A stretch of DNA of 44,487 nt from Burkholderiales bacterium (GTDB taxonomy: Bacteria > Pseudomonadota > Gammaproteobacteria > Burkholderiales > SG8-41). Positions within the stretch are counted from its first letter, which is position 1; every line of letters starts with the position of its first letter. The notes beneath the pieces were generated by a model. That model did not search any database, was not told the origin of the DNA, and was given only the letters and a program-made list of their open reading frames with translations. Both the position numbers and the translations under genes were made by a program. This document shows, one piece after another, positions 30,263-39,171 of the stretch. Location: the NCBI GenBank assembly GCA_041620115.1, contig JBFKCU010000001.1, forward strand, positions 1 to 44,487, in the 5' to 3' direction.

Positions 30263-31027
30263 ATGGCCGCCATGAGCGGCCGGGCCACATCATCGTTGTT
30301 GACGCGCGGCATGCGACTGGTCCGCATCGCGCTGCATTTGTCGAGCGGAATGCTGACGGTTGCGCTGGCCTTCCCTTTTTACGATCCGATCCGGCGCCGA
30401 CGCGCGATCAAGCACTGGGCGCAGTCGCTGCTGCACATACTCGACATGCGCATGCATGTGCATGGCCTGCCGCATCTGCACGGACATCCCGCAATGCTCG
30501 TCGCCAATCACGTTTCGTGGCTGGACATCTACGCGATCAATGCGGTAGTGCCGGTGCGGTTTGTTGCCAAGTCGGAGGTGCGCGCGTGGCCGGCAATCGG
30601 CTGGCTGAGTGCGCGCACCGGCACGCTGTTCATCGAGCGGGCGCGCCGCAGCGATACGACGCGCATCAACCGCGAAATCGCTGAAGCCATGCTGTGCGGC
30701 GACATTGTTGCGGTATTCCCGGAGGGCACAACCACCGACGGTGCGGGTGTGCTGCGATTTCACAGCTCGTTGTTGCAGCCGGCATTGCTGGCGCGGGCGC
30801 AGGTACACCCCGTAGCACTGCGTTACGAGCACGACGACGGCACGCTGTGCGTCGAGGCGGCCTATGACGGGGACAAGAGCTTATGGAATTCCTTGTGCGC
30901 GATCATCGCCCAGCCGCAAATTCATGTTCATGTCTGGTTCCTGCCGGTGTTGCCGCCGGATGCGACCCACCGCCGCGAACTGGCGGATGCGGCTCAAACT
31001 GCTATTGCGGGTCGCCTGAAGTCCTGA
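30263..31027 (+). CDS. Lysophospholipid (1-acyl-sn-glycerol-3-phosphate) acyltransferase family protein
   Basis: The HX4D motif is NHVSWLD. The FVAKSEV, FIERAR and FPEGTTT blocks are also present. An alternative in-frame ATG lies at 30272. Confidence 0.8.
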   Translation: MAAMSGRATSSLLTRGMRLVRIALHLSSGMLTVALAFPFYDPIRRRRAIKHWAQSLLHILDMRMHVHGLPHLHGHPAMLVANHVSWLDIYAINAVVPVRFVAKSEVRAWPAIGWLSARTGTLFIERARRSDTTRINREIAEAMLCGDIVAVFPEGTTTDGAGVLRFHSSLLQPALLARAQVHPVALRYEHDDGTLCVEAAYDGDKSLWNSLCAIIAQPQIHVHVWFLPVLPPDATHRRELADAAQTAIAGRLKS

Positions 31028-31829
31028 CGGATTCGCATCCGCACTGAAAGACGCGCCGGTCTTCCAGGCGCACCAGCGTCAGGCGCCGTCCCCAGACACA
31101 GCCCGAATCAAGGCCGAGGATATCGTCGCGCAGCGTCAGGCCCAGCGCCGCCCAGTGGCCGAACAGCACCGGGGTGTCGCGGCTGGTGCGCCCCGGGACA
31201 TCGAACCAGGGCAGATAACCCGGCGGCGCGCCCTGTGGCCCGGTCTTGTGCGTGAACTCCATTACGCCATCGCCGGTGCACAGCCGCAGCCGCGTCATCG
31301 CGTTGACGACGACCCGCAGCCGGTCGTAGCCTCTCAGGCCGTCATGCCACTGCACCGGTTCATTGCCGTACATCTGGCGCAGGAACTCGCCGTGCTCCGG
31401 ACCCTGCAGCGCGGCTTCGACTTCGCGCGCCAGCGCCAGCGCCTGCGGGATGCTCCATTGCGGCAGCAGACCCGCGTGCACCATCGCGTAGCCGGAGCCC
31501 GCGTGCATCAGCCGCTGCGCCCGCAGCCAGGCCAGCAGTTCATCGCGGTCCGGTGCAGCGAGGATTTCATCGAGCGTGTCGCCGCGATGCGGCTTGCGCA
31601 CACCGGCCGCAACCACCAGCAGATGCAGATCATGGTTGCCGAGGACCGTGACTGCGCGCTCGCCGAGGTCACGCACGTAACGCAGCACGGCCAGCGATTG
31701 CGCTCCGCGGTTGACCAGGTCGCCGACCAGCCATAGCCGATCCTGCCGCGGATCAAACGCGGCGGCATCCAGCAGTCGCCGCATTTCATCGTAGCAGCCC
31801 TGAACGTCACCGATCGCGTAGGTGGCCAT
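31002..31829 (-). CDS. apaH: Bis(5'-nucleosyl)-tetraphosphatase, symmetrical
   Basis: The supporting sequence is MATYAIGDVQGCYDEMRRLL ... LWLVGDLVNRG ... VLGNHDLHLL. These are metallophosphatase motifs. Confidence 0.92.
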   Translation of the reverse strand: MATYAIGDVQGCYDEMRRLLDAAAFDPRQDRLWLVGDLVNRGAQSLAVLRYVRDLGERAVTVLGNHDLHLLVVAAGVRKPHRGDTLDEILAAPDRDELLAWLRAQRLMHAGSGYAMVHAGLLPQWSIPQALALAREVEAALQGPEHGEFLRQMYGNEPVQWHDGLRGYDRLRVVVNAMTRLRLCTGDGVMEFTHKTGPQGAPPGYLPWFDVPGRTSRDTPVLFGHWAALGLTLRDDILGLDSGCVWGRRLTLVRLEDRRVFQCGCESVRTSGDPQ

Positions 31830-31857
31830 GGCGGAAGCTCAGTAAATCAGTTCAGAT

Positions 31858-31886
31858 AAAAAAAGGCGCAGACATGCTGCGCCTTT
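31858..31886 (-). terminator. Rho-independent terminator after the cytochrome c gene
   Basis: On the minus strand it reads AAA-GGCGCAG-CATGT-CTGCGCC-TTTTTTT. It has a 7-bp GC-rich stem and a 7-T tract, and it starts 24 nt after the stop. Confidence 0.65.
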
Positions 31887-31909
31887 GGATTGTGCATGCC
31901 TGGCTGGTA

Positions 31910-32755
31910 TTACTTGACCAGTGCCATTAGGTAATCAACCGCGGCCTTGATGTCGGCATCTGCCAGACTGGCGTTGCCGCCCTTGGGTGGCATGGCGCCC
32001 TTGCCTTTGATGACAGAAGCATACAGCGCATCCTTGCCTGTTTTCAGGCGCGGCGCCCACGCGGCCTTGTCGCCGGGTTTCGGCGCGCCGGCGACACCGG
32101 CTGCATGGCAGGCGGCACAGCTCGAGTCATAAACGCTCTTGCCTTTTGCGCTGTCGCCGCCGGCGGCGGCAGGCGCGGCCATTGCCACGGCCGGGGCTGC
32201 CGCTACTGCAGTTGCAGCCGTTGCCGGAGCTGCGGCGGCTGCGGGCGCGGCGGGTTCTTTCCAGTTGCTGCCGGCTTCGTTCGCGAGGTAGACGACGGCG
32301 CGCGCCACCTCGGTATCCGGCAGATCCGGGTTGCCCCCGCGTGCCGGCATCTGGCGGATGCCCTTGATCGCGTTGGCAATCAGTTTTTCCTGTCCCTGGG
32401 CGATTCTTGCGGTCCAGGCCTGTTTGTCGCCCAGTTTCGGCGAATTCAGCACGCCCGTCGTATGACAGGCGGCGCAGGCAGCCTCATACACTACTTTGCC
32501 GCTCCTGATCTCCTGCGCGCCCCCGGCCGCGGCAATAACGACATCGCCTGCGGGCTTGATGCGCTTGGCCACGGCTTCTTCGGCGGCAGCAGTGGGTTTT
32601 GCCGTGGCCGCGGGCTTGCGGTAGTTGTCGATCGCGAGCTGCGCCAGCATCACAATCAGCAGCACCGGCACGACAAAGGAAAGCACAACGACAATGATCA
32701 GTTGTTGCGGCGTCTTGATCAGGGAGCTGTGTTCCGGGGGATTTTGTTGGCTCAT
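31910..32755 (-). CDS. Membrane-anchored dihaem c-type cytochrome (cytochrome c5-like)
   Basis: The true start is MSQQNPP at 32755. The N-terminal TM segment is QQLIIVVVLSFVVPVLLIVMLAQLAI. Two CxxCH motifs (CAACHTTG and CAACHAAG) are each followed by a ...MPxxGG methionine ligand region. An Ala-rich linker joins them. Confidence 0.85.
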   Translation of the reverse strand: MSQQNPPEHSSLIKTPQQLIIVVVLSFVVPVLLIVMLAQLAIDNYRKPAATAKPTAAAEEAVAKRIKPAGDVVIAAAGGAQEIRSGKVVYEAACAACHTTGVLNSPKLGDKQAWTARIAQGQEKLIANAIKGIRQMPARGGNPDLPDTEVARAVVYLANEAGSNWKEPAAPAAAAAPATAATAVAAAPAVAMAAPAAAGGDSAKGKSVYDSSCAACHAAGVAGAPKPGDKAAWAPRLKTGKDALYASVIKGKGAMPPKGGNASLADADIKAAVDYLMALVK

Positions 32756-32853
32756 TGCAATTTCCTGAAGCTGCAAGAAAGCGCGGATTATATCGGCATT
32801 GCCACGGGCGGTAAAACCGGCTCCCGGGGCCATGATAGAATCGGCCCCGCAAC

Positions 32854-32930
32854 GCGCCCGTAGCTCAGCTGGATAGAGTACTGCCCTCCGAAGGCAGGGG
32901 TCGGACGTTCGAATCGTCTCGGGCGCGCCA
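32854..32930 (+). tRNA. tRNA-Arg (anticodon CCG)
   Basis: The sequence is GCGCCCGTAGCTCAGCTGGATAGAGTACTGCCCTCCGAAGGCAGGGGTCGGACGTTCGAATCGTCTCGGGCGCGCCA. I folded it by hand. The 7-bp acceptor stem is GCGCCCG/CGGGCGC, with a D arm GCTC/GAGT and an anticodon stem CTGCC/GGCAG whose loop CTCCGAA gives anticodon CCG. The T arm is GGACG-TTCGAAT-CGTCT, and CCA is encoded. Confidence 0.93.
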
Positions 32931-32960
32931 TTTTTACTCTGCCCTCCACTCTGCGCTGCC

Positions 32961-34583
32961 ATGTCACCACCCGTAGACTGCGATGTATTGATCGTCGGTG
33001 GCGGCCACAACGGCCTGACCTGTGCCTGTTATCTCGCCGCGGCCGGGCTCAAGGTGCGCATCCTTGAACGGCGCAAGGTGGTCGGCGGCGCAGCGGTGAC
33101 CGAGGAATTCCATCCCGGCTTCCGCAATTCCACGGCAAGCTACACGGTCAGCCTGCTCAATCCGCGCGTGATCCGCGACCTCAAGCTGGCGGCGCATGGT
33201 CTGCGCATTGTCGAGCGGCCGATTTCGAATTTCCTGCCGCTGTCCGACAGCGAATACCTCAAGGTCGGCGGATCGCTGGCAGCGACGCAGGCCGAGGTCG
33301 CGCGTTTTTCCGCGGCCGACGCGGCGCGCCTGCCGGGTTATTACGCGATGCTCGAACGCGTGGCCGACATCCTGCGCGATCTGGCCGAAGAAACGCCGCC
33401 CAATGTCGGCGGCGGCGCCGGCGATTTTTTTGCGGCGATCAAAGTGGCGCGGCGTTTCAAGAAACTCGACATGGCGACGCGTCGCCATGTGGTCGACCTG
33501 TTCACCAAAAGCGCCGGTGATTTTCTCGACATGTGGTTTGAGTCGGCGCCGATCAAGGCTGCATTCGGCTTTGATTCGATCGTCGGCAATTTTGCCAGCC
33601 CCTACGCACCGGGCACGGCTTACGTGCTGCTGCACCATGTGTTCGGCGAAGTGAACGGCAAGCGCGGCATCTGGGGCCATGCCATCGGCGGCATGGGCGC
33701 GATCACTCAGGCCATGGCCGCGGAAGCAAAGGCGCGCGGCGTGTATATCGACACCGATGCCGAGGTCGTCAATGTTTGCGTGGACTCGCGTGGCGCGCAG
33801 GGCGTGCAGTTGAAGGACGGGCGCGTGATCGAGGCGCGCTGCGTTGCCGCGAACGTCAATCCGAAACTGCTGTATCTCCATCTGGTGGATGCCTCCGCGC
33901 TCGATGCTGATTTCCTGCAGCGCATGCGCGGCTGGAAATGCGCGTCGGCCACTTTTCGCATGAACGTGGCGTTGCGTGAGCTGCCGGATTTCAACTGTAT
34001 GCCGGGCATGGCCGTGGCCGAGCATCACCAGTCGGGCATCATCATGGCGCCGTCGCTGGCGTACATGGAGCAGGCGTATTTCGATGCGCGTACTTATGGC
34101 TGCTCGCGCGCACCGGTGGTCGAGATGCTGATTCCTTCGACCGTGGATGACACGCTGGCGCCCAAGGGGCAGCATGCGGCGAGCCTGTTCTGCCAGCACT
34201 TCAGCCCCGAGCTGCCGAACGGGCTGAGCTGGGACGGCATACGCGAGGATGCGGCGGACCTCGTCATCGACACCGTCGCACGTTATGCGCAGAACTTCAG
34301 GGATGCCGTCATCGCGCGCAAGATCCTGTCGCCGTTGGACATGGAGCGCGATTTCGGCCTGGTCGGCGGCGACATATTCCACGGCGCGCTGACCCTGGAC
34401 CAGTTGTGGAGCGCGCGACCGATGCTGGGTTATGCGGACTATCGCTCACCGGTGAACCGCCTGTATCTGTGCGGCGCCGGCGCACATCCGGGCGGCGGCG
34501 TCACCGGCCTGCCGGGACGCAACGCGGCACGTGAAATCATCCGCGACTTCAGGCGCGGCAGGCTCAAGGTGCAGAAGCCATGA
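32961..34583 (+). CDS. NAD(P)/FAD-dependent oxidoreductase, phytoene-desaturase (CrtI)-like family
   Basis: The dinucleotide-binding N-terminus is [38 protein letters not shown]. The protein is 540 aa, and the C-terminus reads [16 protein letters not shown]. Confidence 0.85.
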   Translation: MSPPVDCDVLIVGGGHNGLTCACYLAAAGLKVRILERRKVVGGAAVTEEFHPGFRNSTASYTVSLLNPRVIRDLKLAAHGLRIVERPISNFLPLSDSEYLKVGGSLAATQAEVARFSAADAARLPGYYAMLERVADILRDLAEETPPNVGGGAGDFFAAIKVARRFKKLDMATRRHVVDLFTKSAGDFLDMWFESAPIKAAFGFDSIVGNFASPYAPGTAYVLLHHVFGEVNGKRGIWGHAIGGMGAITQAMAAEAKARGVYIDTDAEVVNVCVDSRGAQGVQLKDGRVIEARCVAANVNPKLLYLHLVDASALDADFLQRMRGWKCASATFRMNVALRELPDFNCMPGMAVAEHHQSGIIMAPSLAYMEQAYFDARTYGCSRAPVVEMLIPSTVDDTLAPKGQHAASLFCQHFSPELPNGLSWDGIREDAADLVIDTVARYAQNFRDAVIARKILSPLDMERDFGLVGGDIFHGALTLDQLWSARPMLGYADYRSPVNRLYLCGAGAHPGGGVTGLPGRNAAREIIRDFRRGRLKVQKP

Positions 34584-35188
34584 TGCGTCGCGGCTTCCTG
34601 GTGTTGCTGTGCACGATATTGCTCGCCGCTTGCGGCGGCAGTACGCCGCCGGTTGCGTCACTGGGCGCCAATGACGTCGTGCTCGCGTTCGGCGACAGCC
34701 TCACCTACGGCACCGGCGCGAAGCCCGAGGAGAGCTATCCCGCGATACTTGGCCAGCTGATCGGCCGGCCGGTCGTGCGTGCCGGCGTGCCGGGTGAGCA
34801 GACCGCGGGCGCACTGGCGCGGCTGCCCGCCGTGCTCGATGAGCATCAGCCGCGCCTGGTCATCGTCTGCCTCGGTGGCAACGACATGCTGCGCAAGCGT
34901 GCGCTGCCCGAGATCGAAGCCAACCTGCGTGAAATCCTCAAGACCATCAAGGCGCGGGGCCTTGATGCGATACTGGTCGGCGTGCCCGCGCCGGGACTGA
35001 TTACCAGCGCGCCGGATTTCTACGAAAGGCTGGCACAGGAATTCCGCATTCCATATGAGGGCGAGGTCGTTACCAGCGTGCTCTACAAGGCGGACCTGAA
35101 GTCCGACCCCATACATCCCAACGCCGCCGGTTACCGCAAAGTGGCCGAGGCGATTGCTGAGCTGTTGCGCAAAGCCAGGGCCATCTGA
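34580..35188 (+). CDS. SGNH/GDSL hydrolase (arylesterase / TesA-like), probable lipoprotein
   Basis: The start overlaps the upstream stop (ATGA). The lipobox is LLAAC. Block I is VVLAFGDSLTYG, block III is GGNDMLR, and the C-terminus has DPIHPN. Confidence 0.85.
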   Translation: MMRRGFLVLLCTILLAACGGSTPPVASLGANDVVLAFGDSLTYGTGAKPEESYPAILGQLIGRPVVRAGVPGEQTAGALARLPAVLDEHQPRLVIVCLGGNDMLRKRALPEIEANLREILKTIKARGLDAILVGVPAPGLITSAPDFYERLAQEFRIPYEGEVVTSVLYKADLKSDPIHPNAAGYRKVAEAIAELLRKARAI

Positions 35189-35191
35189 CCG

Positions 35192-36406
35192 ATGGCTACA
35201 AGAACATACTCGGCGCGCCGGCTGACGTTCATCATGTGCTGCGCCGAAGTGCTGTCGATGACGGGCTTCGCCGCGTACACGACCCTGCTGCCGCAACTGC
35301 AGCGCGAATGGGGCATTTCCAATTCCGAGGCCGGCGCGATCAGCGGCATCCTCTTTGCCGGCTACATGATGTCGGTGCCGGTGCTGACCAGCCTCACCGA
35401 CCGCATGGATGCCCGCCGCATCTATCTTGCCGCGTGTCTGACTGGCGCCCTGGGTGCCGCGATCTTCGCCTGGATCGGACAGGGTTTCTGGAGTGCGGCG
35501 CTGGCGCAGTTCCTGATCGGCGCCGGCCTCGGCGGCACCTACATGCCGGGGCTGAAAGCGCTGACCGATCACCTTGAAGGCGCAGCGCAGTCGCGTGCGA
35601 CGGCGTTCTACACGGCGAGCTTCGGCCTGGGCTCAACGGTGTCCATTCTGGTCGCAGGCAAGCTCGGCGCCAGTTACGACTGGCACTGGGCATTCTGGTT
35701 CGGCACCATCGGACCGGTGCTGGCAGGGCTCATCGTGATGCTGGCAATACCGCTGGGCCGCAGCCGTCCGCGCGAACAGCACACGACAGCGCTGCTCGAT
35801 TTCCGGCCGGTGCTGCGCAACCGCCAGACGCTGACCTACGTGATCGGCTATGCCGCGCATAACTACGAGCTGTTCGGCACGCGTTCGTGGATGGTGGCGT
35901 TCCTGGTGTTCTGTGCCGCGCTGCAGCCCGAGAGCGCACCGATGATCATCAGCGCGGCCACGCTGGCGGCGCTGATCAACGTGATGGGGCCGGTGTTCAG
36001 CATCAGCGGCAATGAACTGGCCATCCGTTTCGGTCGCCAGCGGATCATCTTCCTGTTCATGACGCTGTCGGGCGCGCTCGCCTGCGTGATCGGTTTCACC
36101 GCGGCGTGGCCGTGGTACGTCGTGGTGCTGCTGCTGATGGTGCATTACAGCGCAATGCTCGGCGACTCCGCGGCGCTCACTTCGGGCGCGGTTGCTGCAA
36201 CGCCGCCGGAGATGCGCGGCGCGATGATGGCGGTGTATTCCTTCATCGGTTTCAGCACGGCGTTTCTGGCGCCGCTGGTGTTCGGCGTCACGCTCGACTT
36301 GGCCGGCGGCAATCAGGACATCAACGCGTGGGGGCTGGCGTTTGTCAGCATCGGCATCTTCGGTGTGCTGGCGCCGGTGGCGCGGTGGTGGTATCTGCGG
36401 AAATAG
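35192..36406 (+). CDS. MFS transporter
   Basis: The protein is 404 aa with about 12 predicted hydrophobic segments. An MFS-like motif (LTDRMDARRIY) follows TM2. The gene starts 3 nt after the esterase stop. Confidence 0.85.
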   Translation: MATRTYSARRLTFIMCCAEVLSMTGFAAYTTLLPQLQREWGISNSEAGAISGILFAGYMMSVPVLTSLTDRMDARRIYLAACLTGALGAAIFAWIGQGFWSAALAQFLIGAGLGGTYMPGLKALTDHLEGAAQSRATAFYTASFGLGSTVSILVAGKLGASYDWHWAFWFGTIGPVLAGLIVMLAIPLGRSRPREQHTTALLDFRPVLRNRQTLTYVIGYAAHNYELFGTRSWMVAFLVFCAALQPESAPMIISAATLAALINVMGPVFSISGNELAIRFGRQRIIFLFMTLSGALACVIGFTAAWPWYVVVLLLMVHYSAMLGDSAALTSGAVAATPPEMRGAMMAVYSFIGFSTAFLAPLVFGVTLDLAGGNQDINAWGLAFVSIGIFGVLAPVARWWYLRK

Positions 36407-36470
36407 TTAAAAATACCAGTAAAATCAATTGATTATCGTGTTGGCGGACAATTTGCCGAATTCTTGGCCG

Positions 36471-37025
36471 CTATCGCCTGCCGGTATAAAACTCCGGCCA
36501 GCGCTCCAGCACCGCCGGCGCGTCATCTTTGTAGATGTGGCAGGAATTGATCTGGTACGGTTTCTTGGTGGTTGGTTTTTTCGCGTTGTGCGCTTCGCGC
36601 GCGCGGCCCGTGGCCTGGAATGCGGTGGTGCCCAGCGGGCCCAGCAGTTCGACCAGATGCGTGCAGCCGAGCACGCCGCCGACGCGCTCGGCGATCGCCT
36701 TGCGCCAGCCGGGGCCGATGGTGACGCCGGCGAGTTTCTTGAAGTTGACGGTGATGTTGCCGCAAGGTTCGTACGGGCCGGCATCGGTGACGGCCTCGAC
36801 GTCGTGAATTTTCAGGTCGAGGTCGATCGTCAGCCGCAGCCACATGTTGTGTACAGCTTCACCGGGCTGGCGTTCGTGGCCGCCGTCGCGGCGTGAATGC
36901 ACATAAGTCTTGGTGTCAACGAGATGGCCTTCGATGTCCCACAGGCCGTCTTCGCGCTCGTAGCCTTTGCATTCGATGGCGCGGGTGTGTTTCAGCGTGC
37001 GGGGGGCTGGGGCGGGCAGTGGCAT
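36471..37025 (-). CDS. DUF2889-family protein
   Basis: The 184-aa sequence reads ...HTRAIECKGYEREDGLWDIEGHLVDTKTY ... MWLRLTIDLDLKIHDVEA ... CTHLVELLGPLGTTAFQ. It matches my recollection of DUF2889. It is the last gene of the minus-strand operon. An HMM check is needed. Confidence 0.65.
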   Translation of the reverse strand: MPLPAPAPRTLKHTRAIECKGYEREDGLWDIEGHLVDTKTYVHSRRDGGHERQPGEAVHNMWLRLTIDLDLKIHDVEAVTDAGPYEPCGNITVNFKKLAGVTIGPGWRKAIAERVGGVLGCTHLVELLGPLGTTAFQATGRAREAHNAKKPTTKKPYQINSCHIYKDDAPAVLERWPEFYTGRR

Positions 37026-37043
37026 GGCGCGTACTCCGGTGTA

Positions 37044-37226
37044 TCAGTTTGATGAGGGCATGGCGGCGCGGCGATGTTCGATCTGCGCCAGTACTGTTTT
37101 CTTCCGTGCGGGACTGTAATTGATCCAGTGCGTGATCTCGTCGAGCGTGCGGTAGCAGCCGATGCACAGTCCGTGTTCGTAATCCATCAGGCAGACATGG
37201 ACGCAGGGAGAATCTCGGTCGTTCAT
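37044..37226 (-). CDS. DUF1289 (YdhL-like) small Cys-rich protein
   Basis: The 60-aa product is MNDRDSPCVHVCLMDYEHGLCIGCYRTLDEITHWINYSPARKKTVLAQIE. SPCxxxC...CxGCxRTxDEIxxW is the DUF1289 pattern. It is only the tail of spurious track ORF 37044..37706. Confidence 0.7.
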   Translation of the reverse strand: MNDRDSPCVHVCLMDYEHGLCIGCYRTLDEITHWINYSPARKKTVLAQIEHRRAAMPSSN

Positions 37227-37240
37227 CGCGTGCGTGCTGA

Positions 37241-38146
37241 TCAAGCCGCCTTGGCGCGGATGGCGCGTGCCGCGCGCGACAATGTGGGCCGGCCAATCAC
37301 GCCGCAGATATATTCGCCGGCGGCGATCAGTTTGTTCATGTCGATGCCGGTTTCGATGCCGAGCCCGTCGAGCAGGTAGAGCACGTCTTCGGTGGCGACG
37401 TTGCCGGTAGCGCCCTTGGCGTACGGGCAGCCGCCAAGCCCGGCGATTGAACTGTCGAACGTGGCGATGCCGCATTCGAGCGCGGCATAGACATTGGCCA
37501 CGGCCTGACCATAGGTGTCGTGGAAATGCCCAGCGAGACGTTCGATCGGAATATGCTTCGCGACGGCTTCGATGACGGCACGGGTCTTGCCGGCGGTGCC
37601 GGTACCGATGGTGTCGCAAATGGTGATTTCGTAACAGCCCATGGCATCCAGCGCGCGCGCCACATGCACCACTGCAGCGGGATCGACTTCGCCTTCGTAC
37701 GGACAACCGAGACAGACTGAAATGTCGCCGCGCACCTTGAGGCCCTTGGCGATCGCCGCCTGTGCCACTTCTTCAAAGCGCGCGAGGCCCTCGTCGATGG
37801 TGCAGTTGGTGTTGCGCTTGGAAAAACTCTCGGTCGCCGCACCGAACACCACGGCTTCGTCGGCACCGGCGGCGATGGCGGCGTCCAGCCCTTTCATGTT
37901 CGGCACCAGCACCGGGTAGCTTACGCCGGGCTTGCGTTTGATGCCGGCCATGACTTCGGCGTTGTCGGCCATCTGCGGCACCCACTTGGGCGACACGAAG
38001 GCGGTGGCCTCGATAATGGACACGCCGGCATCCTGCAGCCGGTGGATCAGCTCGATTTTCTGCGCGGTGGAGACCGGCGCGGATTCATTCTGCAGGCCGT
38101 CGCGCGGGCCGACTTCGAAAATACGTGCTTTCTTGGGTAGTGCCAT
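37241..38146 (-). CDS. Hydroxymethylglutaryl-CoA lyase
   Basis: The start is MALPKKARIFEVGPRDGLQNE at 38146. The supporting sequence is FVSPKWVPQMAD ... GHFHDTYGQAVANV ... GLGGCPYAKGATGNVATED. Confidence 0.92.
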   Translation of the reverse strand: MALPKKARIFEVGPRDGLQNESAPVSTAQKIELIHRLQDAGVSIIEATAFVSPKWVPQMADNAEVMAGIKRKPGVSYPVLVPNMKGLDAAIAAGADEAVVFGAATESFSKRNTNCTIDEGLARFEEVAQAAIAKGLKVRGDISVCLGCPYEGEVDPAAVVHVARALDAMGCYEITICDTIGTGTAGKTRAVIEAVAKHIPIERLAGHFHDTYGQAVANVYAALECGIATFDSSIAGLGGCPYAKGATGNVATEDVLYLLDGLGIETGIDMNKLIAAGEYICGVIGRPTLSRAARAIRAKAA

Positions 38147-38175
38147 GTGTTTTACCTTCCTTCCGGCGCCGGCGT

Positions 38176-39015
38176 TTACGGCCGACGCTTGCGCAGTGTT
38201 TTGGTCGTCGCGGGGCCGGGTGCGGTCCACGATGGCTTGCGTTTCTCCAGGAACGCCGACAGGCCTTCCTGCGCCTCGGGCGTGGCGCGGATTTCGGCGA
38301 TGCGCTTTGCGGTCGCGTTGACGATGCCGGGACCGATGAGGCTGTGCGCGCTCTTCGGGATCAGCTGCTTGATCGCGCGCACCGCATTCGGGCCGCTGGA
38401 GTACAGCTGATCGAGCATCGCGTTGACGCGCGCAGTCAGTCCGTTCTCGTCTACAAGTTCATGCACCAGGCCGATGCGCCAGGCTTCATTGGCATCGAAC
38501 TGTTCACCGGAGAGCATGTAGCGCCGCGACTGGCGCTCGCCAATGGCGCCGATGACGTACGGGCTGATCATCGCCGGGATCACGCCGATTTTCACTTCGG
38601 ACAGGCGGAAGGTCGCGGTGCGGGTGGCAATCGCAATGTCGCAGGCGGCGACGATGCCGCAGCCGCCGCCGCGCACGGCGCCGTGCACCGCAGCGACCGT
38701 GGGCTTCTTCAGCGAGTAGAGCGCATGGAACATGCGTGCCGATTCGCTGGCGCCGTCGTAATTCTGCTTCTTGGTGAATTGCGCGCTTTGCCGCATGTGC
38801 GCAATGTCGGCGCCGGCGCAGAAACTCCTGCCTGCGCCCTCGATGACCACGGCGCGCACCGCATCGTCTTTGGCCACATGGCTCAATGCCGCAGTCAGCG
38901 CGCGCACCATCTCCGGATCGAAGGCGTTGTGCACGTCCGGCCGGTTGAGGGTGAGGGTGGCATTGCCACGGTCGTCAATGGTGGTCAGCACCCGGGTGCT
39001 TGTGGTCTTGCTCAT
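38176..39015 (-). CDS. Enoyl-CoA hydratase/isomerase family protein (methylglutaconyl-CoA hydratase-like)
   Basis: The crotonase fold reads LTLNRPDVHNAF ... VVIEGAGRSFCAGADI ... KPTVAAVHGAVRGGGCGIVAACDIAIA ... FRLSEVKIGVIP. It lies immediately upstream of the HMG-CoA lyase gene. Confidence 0.85.
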   Translation of the reverse strand: MSKTTSTRVLTTIDDRGNATLTLNRPDVHNAFDPEMVRALTAALSHVAKDDAVRAVVIEGAGRSFCAGADIAHMRQSAQFTKKQNYDGASESARMFHALYSLKKPTVAAVHGAVRGGGCGIVAACDIAIATRTATFRLSEVKIGVIPAMISPYVIGAIGERQSRRYMLSGEQFDANEAWRIGLVHELVDENGLTARVNAMLDQLYSSGPNAVRAIKQLIPKSAHSLIGPGIVNATAKRIAEIRATPEAQEGLSAFLEKRKPSWTAPGPATTKTLRKRRP

Positions 39016-39171
39016 GATAGGTCCTTGGGATGATGAGGCAGGCTCTGTGCGGGGCGGGGCGCAACGCGGGTGCCGTGCGGGGAATTATAAGCGCGGCTGC
39101 TGCGGCGGGCGTCCGCGCCGTCCATTGTGTGGATATCGCTGCGCAGTGACGGATGCATCAGCAAGCAGCAA

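Noticed and set aside
30259-30274. A perfect TATAAT overlapping the first ATG of the acyltransferase gene. It would make the second in-frame ATG (30272) a leaderless start.
   Set aside because: There is no acceptable -35 or extended -10 (upstream reads GATGTT...CGCGCCCC). A single hexamer match is expected by chance, so this is not reportable as a promoter.
32756-33010. The N-terminal 85 codons of track ORF 31910..33010, including the peptide [21 protein letters not shown].
   Set aside because: That peptide is the well-known antisense translation of a tRNA gene, here tRNA-Arg at 32854..32930. The cytochrome c gene really starts at MSQQNPP (32755).
3602-34382. A set of long antisense ORFs overlapping well-supported genes. 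They are 3602..4852(-), 5433..6626(+), 6613..7590(-), 7659..8408(-), 9229..10647(-), 11979..12815(-), 19100..20527(-), 20568..21509(-), 24645..25682(-), 26367..27407(-), 32964..34382(-), 34658..35572(-), 38125..39033(+), 42239..43117(-) and 43114..43731(-).
   Set aside because: Stop-codon-poor reverse frames are typical of high-GC DNA. Their translations are low-complexity R/A/G/H/Q-rich strings without domains, and each lies fully inside a gene with strong family motifs on the other strand.
32931-36470. A possible genomic island integrated at tRNA-Arg.
   Set aside because: There is no integrase, recombinase or mobility gene. I saw no direct repeat of the tRNA 3' end downstream, and the composition and codon style look like the rest of the window.
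39051-39082. G-tract run GGGGcGGGGcgcaacgcGGGtgccgtgcGGGG, G-quadruplex-like, in the 156-nt gap between the HCCA-isomerase-like and hydratase genes.
   Set aside because: Two loops are 8 nt, outside the strict G3+N1-7 rule. Such runs are common by chance in GC-rich DNA, and nothing here supports a function.
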